From Chiloscyllium plagiosum (Eukaryota): a stretch of DNA of 64,000 nt. Shown here one piece after another: positions 35,990-49,177 of this stretch. How positions within the stretch are numbered: position 1 is the first letter of the stretch; each line of letters begins with the position of its first letter. Below the pieces are notes generated by a model that saw only the letters and a list, made by a program, of their open reading frames with translations, did no database searches and was not told the origin of the DNA. Where the stretch lies: the NCBI RefSeq assembly GCF_004010195.1, contig NC_057719.1:2017280-2081279 (forward strand). Reading direction: 5' to 3'. The translations under genes were made by a program, and so were the position numbers.

Positions 35990-37117
35990 GTGAGAAGGTG
36001 GGGGTGAGCTGTCTTCTTGAACCGCTGCAGTCCATGTGCTGTGGGTTGACCCACAATGCCCCCTTAGGGAGGGAATTCCAGGATTCTGATCCAGCGACAG
36101 TGAAGGAACGGCGATATATTTCCAAATCAGGATGCTGAGGGGCTTGGAGGGGAACTTGCAGGAGATGGTGTTCCCATGTATCTGCTGGTCATGTCGTTCT
36201 AGATGGAAGTGGCTGTGGGTTTGGAAGGTGCTGCCTGAGGATCTTTGGTGAGTTTCTGCAGTGCATCTTGGAACTACTGAGCATTAGTGCTGGAGGAGTG
36301 AATGCTTGTAGATGTGGTGCCAAATGTTCTTGCTGTGTAACTGGGTCAGTATCCTGCAACAGCATTGTGGGTCTATCTACAGCACATGGACTGCAGTGGT
36401 TCAAGAAGGCATCTCACCCCCACCTTCTCAAGGGGCAACTAGGGACGGGCAATTAATGTTGGCCCACTTAGAGCTGCCCATATCCTATGAATTAATGAAG
36501 AAAAGAACATTTATTGGAGTTCTTTGAAGACATACCATGTTCTGTGGATAAAGGGGACCTGCTACATGTACTGTACTTAGATTTTCATAAGTCATTTAAG
36601 AAATTATTGAAAATTTTATAACAACTTAAAGTAAATAAATAAAACACTGAAGATGAAAGCCTCTGGTGTGGGGGGCAGGACATCCCTGGGTAGAAGCTTG
36701 GATTGCTGACAGGAGATGCAGAAACATAGAAAACAGAAGCAACGGGAGGCCCTTCAGGTAAAAACAAGGACTGCAGATGCTGGAAGCCAGAGTCGAGATC
36801 AGAGTGGTGCTGGAAAAGCACAGCAGGTCAGGCAGCATCCGAGGAGCAGGAAAATCGATGTTTCGTGCAAAAGCCCTTCATCAGGAATAGAGGCAGGAAT
36901 CCTGAAGGGTGGAGGCCATTCAGCTCTTCGATCCTGCTCCACCATTCAATATGATCATGGCTGATTATCCAACTCAGTCCTGTATTCCTGCTTTCCCCCC
37001 ATAGCCTTTGATCCCCTCAGCCTTAAGAACTATACCTAATCTCTTCTTGAAATCATACAATGTTTGGCCTCAACTAATTTCTGTGATGTGGTAGTGCCTG
37101 TGTGCTGCTCTCTTGCC

Positions 37118-37154
37118 TCACCTGAGGAAGGAGCAGCGTTCTGAAAGCTTGTGA
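37118..37154 (+). ncRNA. Minimal hammerhead ribozyme motif (family B)
   Basis: UCAC-CUGAGGA-A-GGAGC-AGC-GUUCU-GAAA-GC-UU-GUGA. Stem I is UCAC/GUGA; stem II contains G-U pairs. Confidence 0.6.
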
Positions 37155-37886
37155 TTTCATAGAAACCTGTTCGACTATAACCTGGTGTCATGTGACGTCT
37201 GACCTTGAACTACCTTCTGTGACAGAGAATACCACAGGCTGACTGAGTGAAGACATGTCCCCTCACCTCCCATCTCAGCAGCGGGGAGGGAGAGAGCGCG
37301 AGCCGGGGGCAGCTGGGAAGGTAAATTAGAACATTAATCACTTACCTGATCAGGATGGGAAGCGGACACAAGGACTGCTGGGTAAGTGAACTAATATATT
37401 CAGGCAGTAGCTAAACCCGAAACACTGCATGTGTAGTGTGTCCTGCTCGTCGTCCACCTCTAACCATAAGTAAAGACTCTGTGTGAAGGGTTGGTATGGT
37501 AAGGCTTTTTAAAAAATCTCTCTTGGTAATGTAGAGCAGAGGGGATGGAGGCTCGAGCAGTTGTATGCTCGCCTTGCAGGATATGGGAGCTAAGGGTCAC
37601 CCTGCTGACGTCTCCTGTGAGAAGAGCACCCAGCTCCAGCTCCTCACAGACTGCGTTAAGGAATTAGAGCTGGAGGAACTTTGGATTATTCAGAGGCTGA
37701 GGGGGGGATAGAGAGGAGGTATAAGATGGAAGTCACATCTAAGTTATAGGACAAAGGTAGCTGGGTGACCGTCAGGAGAGGAGAAGGGAATATGCAGACA
37801 GTGCAGGGACGTCCTGTGGCCGTTCCCCTCAATAATAGGTACACTGTTTTGGGACCTATCATGGGAGGGACGGTACCCAGGTTTAT

Positions 37887-38146
37887 GGCACTGAGCCTGG
37901 GTCTGCGGCTCAGAGGGCACTGAGCCTGGGTCTGCGGCTCAGAGGGCACTGAGCCTGCGTCTGCGGCTCAGAGGGCACTGAGCCTGGGTCTGTGGCTCAG
38001 AGGGTACTGAGCCTGGGTCTGTGGCTCAGAGGGCACTGAGCCTGGGTCTGTGGCTCAGAGGGCACTGAGCCTGGTCTGTGGCTCAGAGGGCACTGAGCCT
38101 GGGTCTGTGGCTCAGAGGGCACTGAGCCTGGGTTTGTGGCTCAGAG
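37887..38146. repeat. 29-bp tandem repeat, 9 copies, inside CR1 ORF1
   Basis: Unit ggcactgagcctgggtctg(c/t)ggctcagag with an internal inverted repeat CTGAGCC/GGCTCAG. Confidence 0.95.
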
Positions 38147-40228
38147 GGGAAGGGGGAGAATAGGAGAGTGATAGTGAGAGGAGATTCAATCGTGATAGGA
38201 ACAGACAGGAGATTCTGTGGTGGTGAGTGAGACTCCTTGATGGTATGATGCCTCCCGGGTGCCAGGGTCAGGGCTGTCTCAGGTTGAGTCTACAGGATTC
38301 TTCAGGGGGAGGGAGAGCAGGCAGAAGGCATGGTACACATCGGGACCAATATCATAGGTAGGGGAAGGGAGGAGGATCTGAAGAGAGAATATAGGGAGTT
38401 GGGTTGGAAGCTAGTAGGCAGGATGAGCAAGGTAGTAATCTCCGGATTGCTACTGGTGCCACGTGCTCATGAGGCTAGGAATGGAGAGTGAGTGCAGATG
38501 AACATGTGACTGTAAAGCTGGTGTAGGAGGGAGGGCTTCAGATATGTGGATCATTGGGATACCTTCTGGGTAAGTGGGACCTGTACAAGAAGGACGGGTT
38601 GTACCTGAACTGGAGAGGCACCAATGTCCTGGGCGGGAGGTTTACAAGAGCTCTTTGGGAGGGTTTAAGCGAGTTTGGCAGGGGGTGGGGACTGGAGCTA
38701 TGGATCAGAGGATGGAGTAGGTAGTGAACAGACTGAGACAGTGTGCAGAGAGTCTGTGACGAGGGATAGGTACTTGATAGGGCAAATGTGCAGTCAGAGT
38801 GATAGGTTGAAGTGTGTCTATTTTAACGCAAGGAGTATCAGGAATAAGGGTGACGAACTCAGAGCATGGACCAGTCCTTGGAACCACGATGCTGTGGCCA
38901 TTACAGAGACTTGTATATCACAGGGACAGGAATGGCCGTTGGATGTTCCAGGGTTCAGATGTTTCACAAGGAATGGGTGCAAGGGGAAGGTAAAAAAAAT
39001 GGGGGAGTGACATTATTATTCAGGGACAGTATCACAGCTGCAGAAAGGGAGTGTGTCGAGGAGGGTTTGTCGACAGAGTCAGTATGGGTGGAAATCAGTA
39101 ACAGGAAAGGAGCAGTCAGTTTATTGGGAGTTTTCTACAGGCCCTGCAATAGCAACAGAGGCACAGAGGAGCAGATTTTGGAAAGGTGCAGAAGTAACAG
39201 GGTTGTTGTTATGGGTGATTCCCTAATATTGCTTTGACCTAGGAAGGGTTTCTGATGCAATATGCACATAGGCTGTCCAGAGGCTAGGCCATGTTGGATT
39301 TGGTGCTTGGCAATGAACCAGGTCAGGTGTCAGATCTCTCAGTGGGAGAGCATTTCAGTGATAATGACCTTTACTATAGTCATGGAGGGAGATAGGAGCA
39401 GACAGTATAGGAAAGCATTAAACTGGGGGAGGGGGAATTACAATGCTATCAGGCAGGAACTGGAGCACCTAAATTGGGAACAGATGTTCTCAGGGAAATG
39501 CACAACAGAAATGTGGAGGCTGTTTAGGGAGCACTTGCTGATAGTGTTGGACAGGCTTGTCCCACTGAGGCAAGGACGGGATGGTAGGGTGAAGGAACCT
39601 TGGATGACAAGAGATGTGGAAAATATAGTCACGAGGAAGAAGGAAGCTTACTGAAGGTTGAAGAGGCGAGGATCAGACAGATGTCTAGTGGGTCACAAGG
39701 TAGCCAGGAAGGAACTGAAATATGGACTGAGGCGAGCTAGCAGGGGGCAGGAAAAACCTTTAGCGGGTAGGATTAAGGAAAACTCTAAGGCATTCTACAC
39801 TTACGTGAGGAATAAAGGGATGGCCAAAGTGAGGGTAGGGCTGACCAGGGATAGAGGAGGGAATTTGCGCCTGGAGTCGGAGGAGGTAGGGGAGGTCCTT
39901 AATGAATACTTTGCTTCAGTATTCACTACGGAGAGGGATCTTGCTGTGGACAGCGTGAAACAGACTGATACACTCAATCATGTTGGTGTTAAGAAGGAGG
40001 ATGTGCTGGAAATTTTGAAAAACTTGAGGATAGATAAATCCCAAGGGCCAGATGGGATATACCCAAGATTACTATGGGAAGCGAGGGAAGAGATTGCTGC
40101 ACCTTTGGTGATGATCTTTGCATCCTCATTGTCCACTGGAGTAGTACCAGATGATTGGAGGGTGGCAAACTTTATTCCCTTGTTCAAGAAAGGGAATAGG
40201 GATAATCCTGGGAATTACAGACCAGTTC

Positions 40229-40961
40229 AGGAAATGCAAGGTGATATATTTTGGAAGATCCGATTCAAGGGCGAACTCTACAGTAAATGGAAAAGCCCTG
40301 GGGAAAATTGATGTACAGAGAGATCTGGGTGTTCAGGTCCATTGTCTCCTGAAGGTGGCAACGCAGGTCAGTAGAGTGGTCAAGAAGGCATATGGCATGT
40401 TTTCCTTCTTAGGATGGGGTATTGAGTACAAGAGTTGTCAGGTCATGTTACAGTTGTGTAGGACTTTAGTTTGGCCACATTTAGAATACTGTGTACAGTT
40501 CTGGTCACCACATTACCAAAAGGATGTGGATACTTTGGAGAGGGTGCAGAGGAGGTTCACCAGGATGTTGCCTGGTATGGAGAGCGCTAGCTATGAGGAG
40601 AGGTTGAGTAGATTAGGATTATTTTCATCGGAAAGACGGAAGTTGAGGGGGGCCCTGAATGAAGTCTACAAAACCATGAGAGGTATAGACAGGGTTGATA
40701 GCAAGAAGCTTTTTCCCAGAGTGGGGGACTCAATTACTAGGGGTCACGAGTTCAAATTGAGTGGAAAGGTTATGGGGAGGTATGCATGGAAAGTTTTCAC
40801 GCAGAGGGTGGTGAGGGCCTGGAATAGGTTGCCAGTGGACGTGGTAGAGGCTGGCATGATAGCGTCATTTAAGATGTATCTAGGCAGATACATGAATGGG
40901 CAGGGAGCAGAGGGATACAGATCCTCAGAAAATAGGCAACAAGTTTAGATCGAGGATCGGG
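40229..40961 (+). mobile_element. 5'-truncated CR1 nested in the RT of the host CR1
   Basis: KCKVIYFGR...LVWPHLEYCVQFWSPHYQKD...YMNGQG lies between host NYRPV and host FFEDV. Confidence 0.85.
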
Positions 40962-43431
40962 ATTCTTTGAGGATGTGATGAAACACATTGATGAAACATG
41001 GATAGTGGATGTGGTGTATATGGACATTAGCAAGGTGTTTGATAAGGTTCCCCTGATCAGGTGGTAGGCTAATTCAGAAAGTAAGGAGACATGTGATACA
41101 GGGAAACCTGGCTGTCTGCATGCAGAATTGGCTGGCCCATAGAAGACAGAGGGTGGTGGTAGATGGAAAGTATTTAGCCTGGAGCTTGGTGACCAGTGAT
41201 GTTACACAGGGATCTGTTCTGGGACCTCTGCTCTTTGTGATTTTTATAAATGACTTGGATGAGGAAGTGGAAGGGTGAGTTAGTAAGTTTTCTGATGACA
41301 CGGAGGATGGTGGAGTGGTAGATAGTGTGGAGGGCTGTTGTAGGTTGTAACAAGACATTGATAAGATGCAGAGCTGGGCAATTAAGTGGCATATGGAGTT
41401 CAACCTGGAAAAGTGTGAAGTAACTCACTTTGGAAGGTCAAATTTGAATGCGGATTACAGGGTTAAAGGCAGGATTCTTGGCAGTGTGGAGGAACAGAGG
41501 GATCTCGGGGTCCACATCCATAGATTCCTCAACGTTGCCACCCAAGTTGATCGGGTTGTTAAGAAGGCATGTGGTGTGTTGGCTTTCATTAGCAGGGGGA
41601 TTGAGTTTAAGAGCCGTGAGGCTATGCTGCAGCTCGATAAAACCCTGGTTAGACCACACTTGGAATATTGTGTTCAGTTCTGGTCACCACATTATAGGAA
41701 GGATGTGGAAGCTTTAGAGAGGGTGCAGAGGAGATTTACCAGGAAGCTGCCTGGACTGGAGGGTGTGTCATATGAAGAAAAGTTGAGGGAGCGAGGGCTT
41801 TTCTCATTGGAGCAAAGAAGGATGAGAGGTGACTTGACAGAGGTGTTGAGGCATAGAGTGAGTGGATAGACAGAGACTTTTCCCAACTGCAGAAATGGCT
41901 GTCATGCGGCGGTATAATTTTAAGGTGATTGAAGGAAGGTTTTGGGGAGATGTCAGAGGGAGGTTCTTTACACAGACAGTGGTGGGTGTGTGGAATACAC
42001 TGCCAGCAGTGGGAGTAAAGTCAGAGACATTAGGGACATTTAAGTGACTCTTGGATAGGCACATGGATGATAGTAAGATGAAGGGTATGTAGGTTCTTCT
42101 GATCTTAGAGTAGAATAAAAGGTCAGCAGAACATCAAGGGCTGAAGGGCCAGTACTGTGCTGTACTGGTCTATGTTCTCTCTCAGTCCTAAATGGCCTAC
42201 CCTGTATCCTTAGACTGTGAGCCCTGGTTCCAGATTCCCAGTCATCAGGAACATCCTTTCTGTGTTTACTCTGACTAGTCTTGCTGACTAGTCTTATACA
42301 TTTCTGTGAGACCCTCCTGTGCTGCCAGAGGAAGTGGTGGAGGCTGGCACAATTGCAACATTTAAGAGGCATCTGGATGGGTATATGAATAGGAAGGGTT
42401 TGGAGGGATGTGGGCCGGGTGCTGGCAAGTGGGACTAGATTGGGTTGGGATGTCTGGTCAGCATGGATGAGATGGACCGAAGGGTCTGTTTCTGTGCTGT
42501 ACATCTCTATGACTCTATTCTATGTCAATATAATCTGAATTGATCCACGTCAATCCTACCATTGATATCAACAGTATCCTTCCTCAGATAAGGAAACTAA
42601 AACTGCACACAATAACCCAGGTGTGGTCTCCCCAAGGCTCCTGTACTCAAATCATCTCACTGTGAAGGTTGGGACACAGTTTCTACCTGCTACACCTGCA
42701 TGTTACCTTCAGCGACTGCTGAGCAGGGTCTCACTGTACCTCCCCTCCCCAATGTGGCACCATTCAGATAATAACCTGCCTCCCTGCTTTTGTTCCCAGG
42801 GTGGGTAACCTTCCATTGGTCCACATTGAACTGCATCTGCCACTCCCTCAGCCTGACCCCCTCACACTGCAGCATCTCTCCATCCTCCTCACCGATTCCC
42901 CCTCCCACCCAGCTTTGGGTTCTCTGTAAACTTGGAGATTTACCTTTAGTTCCAACTTCCAAATAACTAACCTATGTTGTGATTAGCTGAGGTACTGATT
43001 CCTGTGGTACTCCACCAGTCACTGTCTACCGTTCAGAAAAAGACCCATTTATTCCCACTCTTTGTTTCCTGTCTACGGAACAATTTCCTATCGATCTGAA
43101 TACACTATATCCAATCCCATATTCTTTAAGTTTACTCATTAATCTCTTCTGTGGGACTTTGTCAAAAAGCCTTCCGTAAATCCAAATAAACCACATCCAC
43201 TGACTCCCCTGATCAACCCAACTGGTTACATCATCAAAGAATTCCCAAATATTTGTGCAGTATGATTTTTAATTTGTAAATCCACACTGACTCTGTCTGA
43301 CACTGCTACTGTTTTCTAAGTGCTCATTATTAAGTCTTTTATAATGGACTCTAGTATTTTCCCCATGACCAACATCAGACCCACTGGTCTATAATCACCT
43401 GTTTTTTTCTCTCCCTCCCTTTTTAAAGAGT

Positions 43432-43451
43432 GGGGTTAGGGTTAGGGTTAG
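43432..43451 (+). repeat. Short interstitial telomeric repeat (GGGGTTAGGGTTAGGGTTAG)
   Basis: About three TTAGGG-phase units at a deletion junction in CR1. Confidence 0.6.
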
Positions 43452-43611
43452 ATTCAGTCAATTATCAGGCTCTGGGAATTTATCAGCCTTGAATCCCATC
43501 AACCTCTCAGCACCATTTCTGTACAAAATACTGATTTGCTTCAGTTCCTCCTTCGTCCTGTGCTCCCCATCATCTCTGTGATGTTACTTGTGTCTGCCTT
43601 TGTGAAGACAG

Positions 43612-43848
43612 AACTAACCAACAGGTTCAAGAACAGCTTCTTCCCACTGGTATTAGACTTCGGAATGGACCTCTCAAATTTCAAATGTAATGTTGATCTC
43701 GCTCTCTGTGCACCTTCTCTGCTGCCGTAACATTGTATTCCTCGCTCTGCTCAATCACCCTAATGCACTTTGTATCTGCTAGTACCACACGCAAAACAAT
43801 ACTTTTCACTGTACCTCGGTACATGGGACAATAATAAATTAAATCAAA
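43612..43848 (+). mobile_element. Rex1/Babar-like LINE 3' end
   Basis: TNRFKNSFFP C-terminal motif, then cttttcactgtacctcggtacatg.gacaataataaa tail. Confidence 0.65.
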
Positions 43849-44172
43849 AAAGTACATATTTAATTGGTGTACCATATCTTTATTCCCGATTATAAATTCT
43901 CCTCTTTGGGACAGGAAGGACCCTACATTTGTCTTCACCAATCTGTTTCTCTTCATCTACCTAGAGAAGCTTTTATCCTCAGGTTTTATGCTCACTGTGA
44001 GCTTACTGTCATTCTTTATTTTCTCTTTCTTAATCAATCTCTTTGTTGAATTCTAAACTGCTCCCATTCCTCGGGTCTGTTGCCTTTTCTGAGCAACTTG
44101 TAAGCCTCTTCTTGGATCTAACGCTACCTCAGATTACCCCCATGAGCCATGGTTTGACCACCTTTCCTGTTT

Positions 44173-44497
44173 TAGATTAGATTACTTTAGATTAGATTAC
44201 TTTACAGTGTGGAAACAGGCCCTTCGGCCCAACAAGTCCACACCGACCCGCCGAAGCGCAACCCACCCATTCCCCTACATTTACCCCTTTACCTAACACT
44301 ACGGACAATTTAGCATGGCCAATTCACCTGACCTGCACATCTTTGGACTGTGAGAGGAAACCGGAGCACCCGGAGGAAACTCATGCAGACACAGGGAGAA
44401 TGTGCAAACTCCACACAGACAGCCGCCCGAGGCGGGAATTGAACCCGGGTCTCTGGCGCTGTGAGGCAGCAGTGCTAACCACTGTGCCACCGTGCCG
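44173..44497 (-). mobile_element. HE1-type SINE, full length and young
   Basis: Minus strand begins GGCACGGTGGCACAGTGGTTAG; B box GGTTCAATTCC; CpGs retained; (taatc) tail. Confidence 0.92.
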
Positions 44498-45910
44498 TCC
44501 AGACCTTTAGCTGCCTGATAGGAATGAACAATTGTTGCCGTGACATGGTCTTTAAATGTTTGCCACCCACCATCATTTCTTTAAGAACCGTTCCCCAATT
44601 TATCGTAGCCAGCTCACACTCCACACTATCATAATTTCTGCTATTTAGATTCAGCACCCTCATCTCAGAACCATCTACATCACTCTCCATCTTGATGAGG
44701 AATTCTATCCTTTTGGCAATCCAGTTGTACGAGGTTCCTTGCTGGTGGACCCAGTATTTATTGCCCGTCCCTAGTTGCCCCTTGAGAAGGTGGGGGTGAG
44801 CTGCCTTCTTGAACCACTGCAGTCCGTGTGCTGTGGGTTGACCCACAATGCCCTTAGGGAGGGGATTCCAGGATTCTGACCCAGTGACACTGAAGGAACG
44901 GCGATATATTTCCAAGTCAGGATGGTGAGTGGCTTGGAGGGGAACTTGCAGGGGGTGGTGTTCCCATGTGTCTGCTGCCCTTGTCCTTCTCGATGGAAGT
45001 GGTCTTGGGTTCTCAAAGAAAACTGGGGACAAGCAGTAAGAAAAATCTGGAATTAAGAATCTAGTGATGACCCTGAATCCATTGTCAATTGTCGAAAAAA
45101 CCCATCTGATTCACTAAAGGTAATGAGAGAAGGAAATCTGCCACCCTTACCTGGTCACGCCTACATGTGACTCCACAACCACAGCAACGCGGCTGACTCT
45201 TACCTGCCCCCTGGATAATTGGGGATGGGCAATAAATGCAAGCCCAGCCAGTGACACCCTCATCCTCTGAATGAATTAAAATAAAACACTGCCAGCAATG
45301 TTCATGTCCCATGAGTGAATTAAAAAGAATTTTATGGTCACTCATCCCCAGAGGGCCTCGCACAATAACATTGCCAATTATTCTTTTCTCAATCCCCAGG
45401 ATAGTAGGATGGACCGGTCTCGAGGTAAAAACAATGACTGCAGATGCTGGAAACCAGATTCTGGATTAGTGGCGCTAGAAAAGCTCAGCAGTTCAGGCAG
45501 CATCCGAGGAGCTTTGAAATCGACGTTTTGGGTAAAAGCCCTTCATCAGGAATAAAGGCAGAGAGCCTGAAGGACCTGGACCGGTCTCTAGTTGGTTCCA
45601 GGAAACCATCCTGTACACAGTCCAGGAATTCCTCCATAAAGAATTGTTATGAATTTGATTTGCCCAATCTATAAGCAGATTAAGGTCACGCATAATTAGA
45701 GATGTTTCTTTGTTGCATGCATCAGTAATTCCTCGCTTAACGCCCATTCCCAGAATCACCATGAATGTTTTCTGTCCCTTGGTGTTTCTCAGCTTTCCCG
45801 TACAGATTCCATGTTGTCAGAGCTACATCTTTCCTCACGATTGTGTTAAGTTCCTCTTTAAGCAGCTGCGCAATTCAACTACATTTTCCATTTTGCCCAT
45901 CCTTCCGAAA

Positions 45911-46410
45911 NNNNNNNNNNNNNNNNNNNNNNNNNNNNNNNNNNNNNNNNNNNNNNNNNNNNNNNNNNNNNNNNNNNNNNNNNNNNNNNNNNNNNNNNNN
46001 NNNNNNNNNNNNNNNNNNNNNNNNNNNNNNNNNNNNNNNNNNNNNNNNNNNNNNNNNNNNNNNNNNNNNNNNNNNNNNNNNNNNNNNNNNNNNNNNNNNN
46101 NNNNNNNNNNNNNNNNNNNNNNNNNNNNNNNNNNNNNNNNNNNNNNNNNNNNNNNNNNNNNNNNNNNNNNNNNNNNNNNNNNNNNNNNNNNNNNNNNNNN
46201 NNNNNNNNNNNNNNNNNNNNNNNNNNNNNNNNNNNNNNNNNNNNNNNNNNNNNNNNNNNNNNNNNNNNNNNNNNNNNNNNNNNNNNNNNNNNNNNNNNNN
46301 NNNNNNNNNNNNNNNNNNNNNNNNNNNNNNNNNNNNNNNNNNNNNNNNNNNNNNNNNNNNNNNNNNNNNNNNNNNNNNNNNNNNNNNNNNNNNNNNNNNN
46401 NNNNNNNNNN
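45911..46410. other. Assembly gap (500 N)
   Basis: N run. Confidence 1.
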
Positions 46411-49177
46411 GCTCCCTGTGATGTAGAACTTCAGGTCTGTGGAGAAGTGGAGCCTAGCGAAGAGAAGTTTTAATGACGCTGTTCACAAGTCATTATGGGT
46501 TTTGACAGAGTGACAAGGAGAAACAGTTTCCTGTGGTTACAGGATCAGTTACCAGAGATGCAGGAAATTAATAAAGGACCCAGAGACAAGGTGAGGTGAG
46601 GTTTTGGTTAGCACCGGGATGTACTGCCTGAAAGCACAGTGGAAGCAGACGGTGATCACAGGGGAATCCTATCAAGACTGGAGCTAAAATGTGTGGGCCT
46701 GTAGGGAAAGGTTAGGCTAGAGAACATACATAAGACCATAAGAGCTAAGAGCAGGAGTAGGCCGTCTGGCCCTTCGAGCCTGCTCCGCCATTCAGTATGA
46801 TCATGGCTGATCTTTTCATGGACCCAGCTCCACTTACACACCCACTCACCATAGCCCTTAATTCCCTTAGTGTTCAATAATGTAAATCTTTGCCTTAAAA
46901 ACATTCAATGGGGCAGCCTTAACTGCTTCACTGTGCAGGGAATTCCACAGATACACAACAGTCTCCTTTGAACGTATCTGCCAAGGAGTCAGCACAGGTA
47001 TAATGACTAACTGGCCATCAATCCTGCTCCATTCAGTGGTAGAGGTGCTTGGGAGAAGAGTTGAGGATTGAAAAAACGGGCAGTGATGATGCAGTTGTGA
47101 GTACATTCTGTACAACCTGCAGGAAGTGTGGTGGGGGGGAAGGGGGGGGGTGCAATGGTGGTGGGTCACTGGTACGGAGAGGAGGGAAAGTTGTAAGGTG
47201 ATGGGTCTATCGCTTCTCACATGGGAGTGATGATCTTCACGTAGAGGTGAGGAAGGACATGAAATGGGGAGCTGTGGACGTTGGAGATCTGAAACAGAAA
47301 ACCAGAAATTGCCAGTGAAACTCAGCAGCACCTGTGGAAGTAAAAGCAGAGTTGATTGAAGAGTTGCTGGACGCAATGTTAGCTCAGCTTTCTCCCACTG
47401 ATGCTGCCAGACCTGCTGAGTTTCTCTGTTTTTGTTGGGAAGGAAATGATACTCTGCTAAAGTTTTTTGGGATGATGGATATCCTTGGAAAATTGAGGGA
47501 CTGAGCTTTGTGGGAAGGGAGAGGCGATGCAGGGGAGTGTGGATGTTCTTGGAAGAAGTGAAGTGCTGATGAAGTGGATCTGCGTTCTGAAATGTTGCAA
47601 ACCCCTCAGTAATTTTTCAAAGATTATTACTTGTTTCTCTGTCAAGTTGTGGATCTCTACCTTGTAGAAGCTTCAACTGGGAAGTTAGTCACTAACTAGC
47701 TTATCAAGAGGTCACTAGGATTGTGTCACATTGGATTTAGGACAAACTCTTGCTGAAGTTGATCTTGAGTCTGTACTGTTTGGATTCGACCAGTTAAGGG
47801 ATGCTAAATCTCCTCTCCATCTGCCGATATCCCAGTGATCTCCTTGCCACTGTTTCCGGGATGAAGGTACTTTAAGACATAATAAGAATACTTTGCTTGG
47901 CATGTAATTTGAGAGTTTATTGGTCTGTTACTGGTAACTGAACACCTTTTTGGTGTTCCTGGCTCCAATTAAAACCCAGCCCACTTCTTGCCATTGGAAG
48001 GGGAGAAGTTGGGGTTGGAGATGTGACTTTCTTTTTTAAATAAAAAAAAAAGTCACAGTCGTTGATAGCCCGCAGTACGTCGAAACCCTGGCCTTGCAGA
48101 AGGAAGAAAATTGTTCTTGAAACACACAGCACTGCATCAGAACCAGAGGAGAGATGAGCAGAATCTTTCAATGCTCTTCAAACTTGGTGTGAACAGATTA
48201 GCTAGTAATTTTCAGCAGGGCGTTGAGCAGATACTTAAAAAGGAAATGTTGCAGGCTTATGAGGCAAGGGGAGAGGAAGTGGGACTAATTGGATAATTGG
48301 TGCGATGTACCAAATGGTCTCCATCTGTACTGTATGAGCGTATGAAATAGCAATCCTCCAGTGTTCTGTTGTGCAAGCATTGGAATGTGTGGAGAGTGTC
48401 GGATTTTGTTCGTATCTTACCTCGCGTGCCGCAATGTGTCGTACTCACTAAGTGGAAGGAAAAATTGGGCTCCACCCAGAAAGCAAGACCCGCTGCTTCC
48501 TTGTGACTCACTGATATTTCTTCATAAATGGCAGTGATTGCAGAGGCTGAGTGGGATGGCTGCGTCAGTATTAACCACAGGGCTGCTGTCATCAACTTCT
48601 TACTGTCATTGGTACAACCACTGTCTTTAATAACAGGGGAATGGGTGCCTTGGAGAGATCCTCCAGGCTGTCATTGCCTCCTTTTTGGGTGGGGGCTTCA
48701 ACTATCATTCTGAAAGTGCTGCAGCTATGTGGTTTATAACTTGATTTGATCCTAAGCTCAGGTTATATTCAGTAAACTTTCTCCAGTTTACATTGTTTTC
48801 TGAAAAGTGAACATTTACGATGTCATGGAAAACATTGGGATCTGTCAATGAATCTGACCGTCCCCGTTGCGTTCAGCTTTTGGTCATTTGCCCACTTGTT
48901 TGCCTGAGTTTTCTGCATTGTTCCCCAGCTTTTAGTCTGCTCAAAGGTTACCCACTTTCCAATAATTGAGAGCAGACCCAATTGCTGCGCTAACATGCTG
49001 AGTATCTGATCTGGTGGCTTTTATCCCTGCAGCAGTTTACCAGCTTGCTGTCCAGCTCAGTCAAGGACAGGTATGCTCCTGGGTCCTGTGGCATTCTTGT
49101 TGTGTTTGTGTTTTCTGGGAAGCGGGTTGAAAGGAGTGGGGTGCACCGTTAATATCAGCGTTGTATGTAGTAACTTG

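Larger units (their letters stand above)
37270..42178 (+). mobile_element. Near full-length decayed CR1 LINE (5' UTR, ORF1 zinc finger plus SGNH esterase, ORF2 APE plus RT, 3' tail)
   Basis: ORF1 from ATG 37545: MEARAVVCSPCRIWE (CxxC), VIVRGDS, CLPGARV, VHIGTN, DGLYLN. ORF2: [70 protein letters not shown]. Many stops and frameshifts. Confidence 0.92.
42180..45910 (-). mobile_element. Old antisense CR1 ORF2 carrying nested CR1, Rex1-like, HE1, L2-type and Penelope insertions
   Basis: Minus frames WQMQFNVDQWKVTHPG, TPLFKKGGREKTGDYRPV, KRNRLVKTNVG, VLNLNSRNYD and IMRDLNLLIDWANQ appear in the correct ORF2 order. Confidence 0.8.

Noticed and set aside
37887..38146. Palindromic 29-bp repeat array resembling CRISPR repeats
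   Set aside because: Units are contiguous with no unique spacers, there are no cas genes, and the context is a vertebrate LINE.
45515..45555. Hammerhead-like motif (also at 20258-20290 and 661-690)
   Set aside because: Essential core bases are mutated (GAAA to AAAA, or CUGA altered), so these are counted only as dead family copies.
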